In this document: piece after piece, positions 25,984 through 32,000 of the stretch
How the letters are laid out: the number at the start of each line of letters is the position of its first letter
How positions within the stretch are numbered: position 1 is the first letter of the stretch
DNA from: Erysipelotrichaceae bacterium
Lineage (GTDB): Bacteria > Bacillota_I > Bacilli_A > Erysipelotrichales > Coprobacillaceae
NCBI GenBank assembly: GCA_028698185.1
Contig: JAQVDW010000010.1
Coordinates: 1 to 32,000 of the forward strand
DNA length: 32,000 nucleotides
Reading direction: 5' to 3'
Translations under genes and position numbers: made by a program
Notes under the pieces: generated by a model
Database searches by the model: none
What the model was told of the DNA's origin: nothing
Seen by the model: the letters and a program-made list of their open reading frames with translations, nothing else

Positions 25984-26491
25984 TCAGGTAGATGCTGGGA
26001 TGGAGGCGCAACCGTCGCGACAGGCCAAACAGCACCCCAAAAAGAACGACCGCCTTGAAATCGACTGACCAGCCGCCACCGTCAAAATCGAAAAACGACA
26101 GCTTCGCGATGCTAAAGAGTGCCGCTAGGATGATTCCGATCACCACTGGCCGCAAGCCGGTAAAAAACAGCTGGACATGGCGGTTGTCCTTGAAATTTTC
26201 CATGCCCCGGGCGATGATCATGATGATCACCCATGACGGGGTAACCATGCCAAGGGTAGCGATCAGGCTGCCCCGGACCCCCATCTGGGAAAAACCGATA
26301 TATGTCGCCATATTGATACCAAGCGGTCCGGGGGTCGCCTGGGAGATGGCAATCATGTTGGCGAACTGGTCGAGGGTCAGCCAACCGTTTTTCAAGACGA
26401 AATCCTGCAAAAGGGGCAAGGCCGCCAGACCCCCGCCGATGGTGAAAAGACCGATCTTGCAGAAATTCAGATAGATGTACAAGTATTCCAT
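25949..26491 (-). CDS. chrA: Chromate transporter family protein (short, C-terminal-half type)
   Basis: 180 aa hydrophobic protein. FTIGGGLAALPLLQ and ISQATPGPLGINMATYIG are CHR-family motifs. The RBS is TAGGAGGGCTT-ATG. It is paired with the adjacent half-size CHR gene. Confidence 0.8.
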   Translation of the reverse strand: MEYLYIYLNFCKIGLFTIGGGLAALPLLQDFVLKNGWLTLDQFANMIAISQATPGPLGINMATYIGFSQMGVRGSLIATLGMVTPSWVIIMIIARGMENFKDNRHVQLFFTGLRPVVIGIILAALFSIAKLSFFDFDGGGWSVDFKAVVLFGVLFGLSRRLRLHPSIYLIMAGLLGIMFF

Positions 26492-26499
26492 AAGCCCTC

Positions 26500-27042
26500 C
26501 TAATCCTTGAGACCCAGGGCGAAAAACGGCGCCAGGACAATGGGGATGATCGGATTGAGACCACCAAAGGCGATGGCTCCAAACACCCCAAGCATAAAGA
26601 TCACAGCCAGGGGCTTTTGCAGCGTCGCCCGGCCCATCTTCATAAGGGAATTGGCGATCAAGACGACAACCATCACCCGGATGCCCGCAAAGGCCTTGAT
26701 GATAATAATGTTGCTGGCGAACTGGGTGAAAAACGTGGCGATGACCATGATGATTATCGTGGGCACGACAATCATCGCCCCCGTTGCGACCAGACTGCCC
26801 AGGATGCCCGCTTGGGTGTAGCCCACCATGGTGGCGGTATTGATGGCAATAATGCCCGGGGTCGACTGGCCGATCGCAAAGTAGTCAAGCAAGGTCGGTT
26901 CGTCAAGCCAGCCCCGCTTCTCGATCAGCTCCCTTTCAAGGAGCGGGAGCATGGCGTAGCCGCCCCCGACACTGAAAGTCCCGATCGCAAAAAAAGCCTT
27001 GGCCAACTCCTTCAGGACCGTAATTCTGTTTCTAGCTTCCAT
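26500..27042 (-). CDS. chrA: Chromate transporter family protein (short, N-terminal-half type)
   Basis: 180 aa. FSVGGGYAMLPLLEREL and IGQSTPGIIAINTATMVGY are CHR-family motifs. The RBS is TTGGAGGAAATGCGATT-ATG. Confidence 0.8.
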   Translation of the reverse strand: MEARNRITVLKELAKAFFAIGTFSVGGGYAMLPLLERELIEKRGWLDEPTLLDYFAIGQSTPGIIAINTATMVGYTQAGILGSLVATGAMIVVPTIIIMVIATFFTQFASNIIIIKAFAGIRVMVVVLIANSLMKMGRATLQKPLAVIFMLGVFGAIAFGGLNPIIPIVLAPFFALGLKD

Positions 27043-27072
27043 AATCGCATTTCCTCCAAGAAAAAAGAGTCC

Positions 27073-28137
27073 TCAGACTCCTTTTTTATTGCAATAATCT
27101 TCCACGAACTCGAGGAATTTGGCCATCTGTTCATCGGTGCCGATGGTAACCCGCAGGAAATTTTCAATCCGGTCCGCCTTGAAGTGGCGCACGATTATTC
27201 CCACCCCGCGCAAAGCGTTGAAAAGTTCCTCAGCCGGGATCGTCCCATGGCTGATGAAGATGAAATTCGCCTTTGAATCGAGAACCTGGAAACCAAGCTC
27301 GCGCAATCTTGCCATGGTGTTGTCGCGGGTCTTGATTATTTTTTGGCATTTTTCCAACATGTCATCGCTGTTCTTGACCGAAGCCACACCGATTTCCTTG
27401 GCGATGGTGTCGATTGGATACGAGTTGAAGGAGTTCTTGATATCGTAGAGCTGTCTGATGACAACCGGGCTTCCGATTGCAGTTCCAAGACGGATGCCCG
27501 CCAGTGAACGTGACTTCGAGAATGTCTGGGTTATCAGCAGGTTCTCGTACTTGTCAAGGAGCGCCAGGGCGCTTTCACCGCCAAAATCGATATAGGCCTC
27601 ATCGACAACAACGATCGAATCGGGGTTGTTTTCAAGCACCTGTTCGATTGCTTCCAACGGGGCAAGAATTCCCGTTGGCGCATTGGGATTCGGGAAGATG
27701 ATCCCGCTGTTTTTCTGGTTGAACTGCTCGAATGGAATCGTGAAATCCTCATTGACGGGAATCGTCTTGTAGCTAAGCTTGTAAAGATCGCAGTACACCG
27801 GATAAAACGAATATGTGATGTCCGGGAACAATATCGGATCCGCCCCGTTGAACAGGCCTAAAAATATCAGAGCCAGAACCTCGTCGGAACCGTTGCCCAG
27901 AAACACCTGCTCCTGTTTTACCTTGTAGTAATCGGCCAGGGCGACCTGGAGTTCATAGCCGTCGCTGTTTGGATATTTCAGCAATATCTCATAATCAAAG
28001 TTCTTCAATACCTCAGCCACCTCTGTACAAGGCGGATAGGGATTTTCATTTGTGTTCAGTTTGATCAGGTTCGCCATTTTCGGCTGTTCGCCCGCCACAT
28101 AGGGCACTACCTGGCGGAATTTGTCTTGAAATCCCAT
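27073..28137 (-). CDS. hisC: Histidinol-phosphate aminotransferase family (class II PLP aminotransferase)
   Basis: IKLNTNENPYPP, VVVDEAYIDF and TFSKSRSLAGIRLG (PLP lysine) are present. The ATG at 28137 has the RBS GAGGATTAAT. The ORF-track start at 28149 is a TTG overlapping the upstream gene. Confidence 0.8.
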   Translation of the reverse strand: MGFQDKFRQVVPYVAGEQPKMANLIKLNTNENPYPPCTEVAEVLKNFDYEILLKYPNSDGYELQVALADYYKVKQEQVFLGNGSDEVLALIFLGLFNGADPILFPDITYSFYPVYCDLYKLSYKTIPVNEDFTIPFEQFNQKNSGIIFPNPNAPTGILAPLEAIEQVLENNPDSIVVVDEAYIDFGGESALALLDKYENLLITQTFSKSRSLAGIRLGTAIGSPVVIRQLYDIKNSFNSYPIDTIAKEIGVASVKNSDDMLEKCQKIIKTRDNTMARLRELGFQVLDSKANFIFISHGTIPAEELFNALRGVGIIVRHFKADRIENFLRVTIGTDEQMAKFLEFVEDYCNKKGV

Positions 28138-28138
28138 A

Positions 28139-28906
28139 TTAATCCTCAACTTTCTTTAATAATTCACTCACGGATGCGACCACCAGATCGGCTTTTTCCT
28201 TGATCTGGTCAAGGCAGTGATGGAAGGTGGCTCCGTGGTCGACGGTCTGGAACATTGAAATATCATTGTAGGAATCGCCGATGCCATACGAGATGCCTTT
28301 GAAATCGAGCATATCCATCAGGGTCTTGGCGCCATAACCTTTGGTCGCCCCCTTGTAGGAGATATCGAGATAGATATCGTTAAGATTGCAGCTGACATCG
28401 TATTGCTCCAGCCGTGAAATCACCTCATAGACGGTTTCCAGCCCGCGGTCGGCCTGGGAACAGTTGATGATTTCGAAATGGCTAGAATCCTTCGCGGTCT
28501 GCCAGAAGTCCGCGTCCACCGCGACAAACTCTCCGTCTTGAAGGATGTGGGTGACGCCTTCTTTTAAAATATAGGTCCTGACGCCATTGTAAAATGAGGC
28601 TTCAAGATTGTCGTAACCCATGATCAGCTCGATTACAGCCAGTCCGGTTTCCCGGTCGATCACATTTTTCATCAGATCGTTGCACTGGCTGTCGATGATA
28701 TGGGCGCCGTTGTTGAGAATCATGTAATCGAAAGGCATCCTGACCTTATTGATAAGCTCCGCCGCCTCGTCGATGTTGCGGCCGGTGTTGATCACAAAGA
28801 TGTTGTTTTCTCTAAACTCCCTGATCTTGTCGATAATGTCAGCCTCGATCAGGCTGTTTTTTTCCACCAGGGTTCCATCAAGGTCGCAAAAAAGTATTTT
28901 TTTCAT
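28139..28906 (-). CDS. Cof-type HAD-IIB family phosphatase
   Basis: MKKILFCDLDGTLV, NTGRN and IGDSYNDISMF are present. The start overlaps the upstream stop (ATGA). The RBS is TAGGTGAACTGCG-ATG. Confidence 0.85.
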   Translation of the reverse strand: MKKILFCDLDGTLVEKNSLIEADIIDKIREFRENNIFVINTGRNIDEAAELINKVRMPFDYMILNNGAHIIDSQCNDLMKNVIDRETGLAVIELIMGYDNLEASFYNGVRTYILKEGVTHILQDGEFVAVDADFWQTAKDSSHFEIINCSQADRGLETVYEVISRLEQYDVSCNLNDIYLDISYKGATKGYGAKTLMDMLDFKGISYGIGDSYNDISMFQTVDHGATFHHCLDQIKEKADLVVASVSELLKKVED

Positions 28907-29766
28907 CGCAGTTCACCTAAAACCCTCTCGTTTATCTTGCCACCAAACTTCAAGTCGAGCACATAGCCGGGATTATCGCCCCCAGTGACAAGGTCGGTGG
29001 CGTAATAGGCCTGCATCAACGATCCGTTGTTGTGCATTGTGACACCCAGTCCATAGCGCCCGGGTGTCCCGTCTTGTGGGCTTTTATCCAGCAAGGCGTT
29101 GAACTCTCCGGCAAGCTCTTCGTACAAAGGGACGCTTTGCACACCAAGATAGCTTGATAACTGTTGGAAGACTATGTTGTTGTCACCCTCAAGCTTCAAT
29201 GCCGCCAGGTCAAGTATGCCATATCGGCTTGTTGCAAGCTCCATGGAACTCGTATCGTTGCCACTGTTGTAGTTGAGTTCGAGTGAATAACCCTGGCCGG
29301 CGACTTCGATGTCGTATTTGGCCATGGCGTAGGCGGTGCTGGTGTTCGTGATCGTCACCTGAGTGCTGGATGCCACAATCATTCCTGCCATTTCGTCAAG
29401 ATATTGGGTAAATCCGTTTTGGAAAGCGGCAAGCTTGCCTGGCAGGACGCTTTCAGGGAAATCGCCCTGATAGGCCTCCATGCTTGTATAGACATACAAG
29501 GGCACCTCATCGGCGTTGATGCTCTGGTCATCAACCAGGCCAGAAAGCCGGGAACTGTTGTTGTACATATTGAAAAATGAAGGTCCAAACACGAAGCCGG
29601 CAATCAGGGAATAGAAAATAATCCGCTGGACAAAGCTGACCCTGCGTCTGGGCGCTTGGGGCCCGGGCTGATTGTTTTCGCTTCGATATCCTAATATGTA
29701 GCCGCAGTGCGGGCATTTCTGGTCCGTATCGGAAATGTCTTTTTGACATCTGGGACATTTTTTCAT
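28903..29766 (-). CDS. Zinc-ribbon membrane protein of unknown function
   Basis: N-terminal CPRCQ..(12)..CPHCG zinc ribbon, one TM helix (IIFYSLIAGFVFGPSFF), then an extracytoplasmic domain of about 220 aa with no motif I recognise. The RBS is GTAGGTGATACA-ATG. Confidence 0.7.
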   Translation of the reverse strand: MKKCPRCQKDISDTDQKCPHCGYILGYRSENNQPGPQAPRRRVSFVQRIIFYSLIAGFVFGPSFFNMYNNSSRLSGLVDDQSINADEVPLYVYTSMEAYQGDFPESVLPGKLAAFQNGFTQYLDEMAGMIVASSTQVTITNTSTAYAMAKYDIEVAGQGYSLELNYNSGNDTSSMELATSRYGILDLAALKLEGDNNIVFQQLSSYLGVQSVPLYEELAGEFNALLDKSPQDGTPGRYGLGVTMHNNGSLMQAYYATDLVTGGDNPGYVLDLKFGGKINERVLGELR

Positions 29767-29774
29767 TGTATCAC

Positions 29775-30269
29775 CTACTTAAATATCTTGGCCATCCAGT
29801 CGTAAAATTCCTGGACGTACACTTCTTTTTCTTTTTTTCTTTCATCTGCGTCGTCCAATTGGTAAAACTCCTTGGACAGATACGTATATTTGGCGACGAT
29901 CTCATCGCCCTTGACCAGGACCATCGTCGGCACCCAGTTAAAATCAAGTTCGGCCTTTAGGATGTCGTAATCCTTCTGGTCGAGCTCGCCCTGGCTGGCC
30001 TTGTCGTGGTATTCCTGGATATTGAAATAGTAAATATAGACTCCCGGGTTGTCTTGAAGGTAGGCTTCCACAATCGGGAAGAATTCGCGGCAGTCCTGGC
30101 AGCTTGGCCGGCCGATAAGCAATGCGAAAGGTTCATTGGCGTCTTTGAGTTCCTGGATGGTCTGGTAGTCGACCTCGGTGATATCTGGATACTGGTCGTT
30201 TTTTTCTATAGCAATAGTGGATGTCTTTTGACATCCACTCAATATCACCATGATTGCCAGGACAACCAA
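29775..30269 (-). CDS. Thioredoxin-fold lipoprotein (CxxC; Bta-like)
   Basis: Lipobox ILSGC, and the redox motif LLIGRPSCQDCREFFP in a thioredoxin-like context. The start codon is uncertain (see findings). The ORF-track start is a TTG without an SD. Confidence 0.7.
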   Translation of the reverse strand: MVVLAIMVILSGCQKTSTIAIEKNDQYPDITEVDYQTIQELKDANEPFALLIGRPSCQDCREFFPIVEAYLQDNPGVYIYYFNIQEYHDKASQGELDQKDYDILKAELDFNWVPTMVLVKGDEIVAKYTYLSKEFYQLDDADERKKEKEVYVQEFYDWMAKIFK

Positions 30270-30274
30270 CAGTT

Positions 30275-31792
30275 TTATTTTAATAATGATTCGCCATCCA
30301 TTTCTTCAGGAATTTCAGTTCCCAAAAGTTGCAGGATTGTCGGCGCCAAATCACCTAATTTACCTTCTTCTTTAAGTTCGAGATGAGTGTTTGTAACAAT
30401 CAAAGGAACCAGGTTTGTTGTATGAGCGGTATATGGGTTGTTGTCTTCATCAAGCAACATTTCCGAGTTACCGTGATCGGCAGTAATCAGCATCGTTCCA
30501 TGGAGTGAAGCCACTTTGTCGTAAACTTTTCCGACACATTCGTCAACAACGCTTACGGCCTTGATTGCCGCCGAGATGACTCCGGTATGTCCGACCATGT
30601 CGCAGTTGGCGAAGTTAACGATGATGACATCATGGATGTCCTTGTCAAGTTCTTCCAACAGTTTTTCAGTTACTTCATAAGCCGACATTTCCGGTTGCAA
30701 GTCGTAAGTTGCCACTTTTGGCGAGTTGACCAGGACGCGGGTTGAACCTTCGATTTCCTTGTCGACCCCACCGTCGAAGAAGAATGTCACATGGGCATAT
30801 TTTTCAGTTTCCGCGATACGCAGCTGTTTGAATCCTTTGGCAGCCAGGTAGTCACCCAATGTGTTGGTAAGCACTGGAAGGGCGAATGCGATTTCCCCGT
30901 TTACTGTGTCCGCATATTTCATCATGCAAACGAAAGTCAGGTTGGCCGGCACGTTTTTGTATTCGTAATCGTAAGCAGTCGGGTTGGTCAGGACTGTCGC
31001 GATCTGGATGGCGCGGTCAGGTCTAAAGTTGGCGAAGATCACCGAATCGTTGGCCTTGATTTGTCCGGCTACAGCAGAGTTGTACCCCGGGATGACGAAT
31101 TCGTCATAAACATCCTTCGCATATGAATCCTGAACGAAAGCGACCGGATCACTGAATGATTCGCCTTCGCCATTGACCATCGCGTTGAAAGCCAATTCGA
31201 CACGGTCGAAACGTTTGTCACGGTCCATCGCATAGTAACGTCCTGAAACCGAAGCCACTTGACCGATTCCGATTTCCGCCATTTTCGCTACCAGTTGCTC
31301 AACGAACATCGCTCCTGAATCAGGCGCCACGTCACGTCCGTCAAGGAATGCATGGACAAAGACATCTTTGACTCCCGCATCTTTGGCAGCTTGGAGCAAT
31401 GCGTAGATATGTTCATTTGACGAGTGGACCCCACCGTCAGAAAGCAATCCCATGATATGTAAAGCGGCGTTGTTTGCTTTGGCGTTTTCGAATGCCTTTA
31501 CGAACTTTTCGTTTGACGCGAACTTACCGTCTTTGATTTTCTTGTTGATCAATGTAAGAGACTGATAAACGACTCTTCCGGCTCCAAGATTCAAATGGCC
31601 TACTTCAGAGTTCCCCATTTGTCCTTCTGGCAATCCCACTTGCTCACCGCTGGCATGCAGCGTAGTTGTCGGGTAGATTGTCATTAGATCATCCAAATTA
31701 GGTGTATTTGCCAGTTTGACCGCATTGCCATCAAGGCGTGTCGCCAAACCGTAACCATCCATAATGCATAATACTATCGGTCTTTTTTTCAT
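30275..31792 (-). CDS. gpmI: 2,3-bisphosphoglycerate-independent phosphoglycerate mutase
   Basis: 505 aa. IVLCIMDGYG, NSEVGHLNLGAGR, ADHGN and other iPGM motifs are present. The RBS is TTGGAGGATTAGTAA-ATG. Confidence 0.95.
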   Translation of the reverse strand: MKKRPIVLCIMDGYGLATRLDGNAVKLANTPNLDDLMTIYPTTTLHASGEQVGLPEGQMGNSEVGHLNLGAGRVVYQSLTLINKKIKDGKFASNEKFVKAFENAKANNAALHIMGLLSDGGVHSSNEHIYALLQAAKDAGVKDVFVHAFLDGRDVAPDSGAMFVEQLVAKMAEIGIGQVASVSGRYYAMDRDKRFDRVELAFNAMVNGEGESFSDPVAFVQDSYAKDVYDEFVIPGYNSAVAGQIKANDSVIFANFRPDRAIQIATVLTNPTAYDYEYKNVPANLTFVCMMKYADTVNGEIAFALPVLTNTLGDYLAAKGFKQLRIAETEKYAHVTFFFDGGVDKEIEGSTRVLVNSPKVATYDLQPEMSAYEVTEKLLEELDKDIHDVIIVNFANCDMVGHTGVISAAIKAVSVVDECVGKVYDKVASLHGTMLITADHGNSEMLLDEDNNPYTAHTTNLVPLIVTNTHLELKEEGKLGDLAPTILQLLGTEIPEEMDGESLLK

Positions 31793-31819
31793 TTACTAAT
31801 CCTCCAATTTTTCTAGTAA

Positions 31820-31848
31820 ATGATATCATTAAATAGCCCTATTTTCAA
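31820..31848 (-). promoter_or_regulatory. Candidate promoter for gpmI
   Basis: The minus strand reads TTGAAA - 17 nt - TGaTATCAT (extended -10), about 27 nt upstream of the gpmI start. Confidence 0.5.
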
Positions 31849-31938
31849 ACTTTTTATCTTAATATTCAAAAATTGTCAATGCCGATTTATCCATTTCATG
31901 ATTTTGACCGATAGTTCTTCTTTTGAAACAATCACTGC

Positions 31939-31967
31939 TTGACTTTTGGGGCAATCCCCTATAATAT
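31939..31967 (+). promoter_or_regulatory. Candidate strong promoter reading out of the window
   Basis: TTGACT followed by TATAAT (15-nt spacer) or TAATAT (17-nt spacer). The downstream transcript is truncated by the window end. Confidence 0.45.
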
Positions 31968-32000
31968 ATGGCTAGACAGTTCGTTTGCACCATCCTGTCT

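Noticed and set aside
27060-27087. Hairpin GAGTC-tgag-GACTC plus T run at the hisC stop, as a terminator
   Set aside because: The stem is only 5 bp, includes the stop codon, and is followed within about 10 nt by the chrA RBS. At best it is a weak attenuator, so I did not list it as a feature.
1-32000. CRISPR arrays, tRNA or rRNA genes, transposases, integrases or prophage genes
   Set aside because: I looked for regularly spaced repeats, cloverleaf-like GC-rich segments and recombinase-like ORFs on both strands and recognised none. The only exact-type repeat I spotted by eye is the 31-nt pair flanking the islet; this was a visual scan, not an exhaustive repeat search.

Overview
This is a gene-dense chromosomal segment of Gram-positive type (Bacillota or Mollicutes-related). 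Evidence: AGGAGG-type ribosome-binding sites, lipoprotein lipoboxes, an AddAB recombinase, and the Bacillus-like secG-rnr-smpB-ssrA order. Most of the window is housekeeping. On the minus strand it holds tmRNA, SmpB, RNase R, SecG, a GNAT acetyltransferase, a Cof-type HAD phosphatase, a CNNM/TlyC-type membrane protein, MreB and a small DUF1146-like membrane protein. On the plus strand it holds a MupG/DUF871-like gene, glutamine-dependent NAD synthetase, AddB, AddA, MetNIQ, a LysR regulator and a CTP-dependent polyprenol/DAG-kinase-like membrane protein. Next come a YejK-like nucleoid-associated protein (minus) and YaaA (plus). A long minus-strand operon closes the window: gpmI, a thioredoxin-like lipoprotein, a zinc-ribbon membrane protein, a HAD phosphatase, hisC and a split chromate-transporter pair. 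The one clearly accessory element is a roughly 2.4 kb AT-richer islet at about 5292-7710, between mupG and the HAD gene. It carries its own promoter and two translationally coupled genes: a 624-aa DUF2075 (Schlafen-group-3-helicase-like) ATPase with an N-terminal PD-(D/E)xK-like nuclease motif, and a 105-aa MazG-like nucleotide pyrophosphohydrolase. A 31-nt direct repeat, which is a duplicated bidirectional terminator hairpin, brackets the islet. I regard this as the best candidate for an uncharacterised, probably anti-phage or nucleotide-centred, conflict system. I recognised no CRISPR array, tRNA, rRNA, transposase or integrase. All calls rest on reading the sequence and ORF translations by eye. 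No database search was run.
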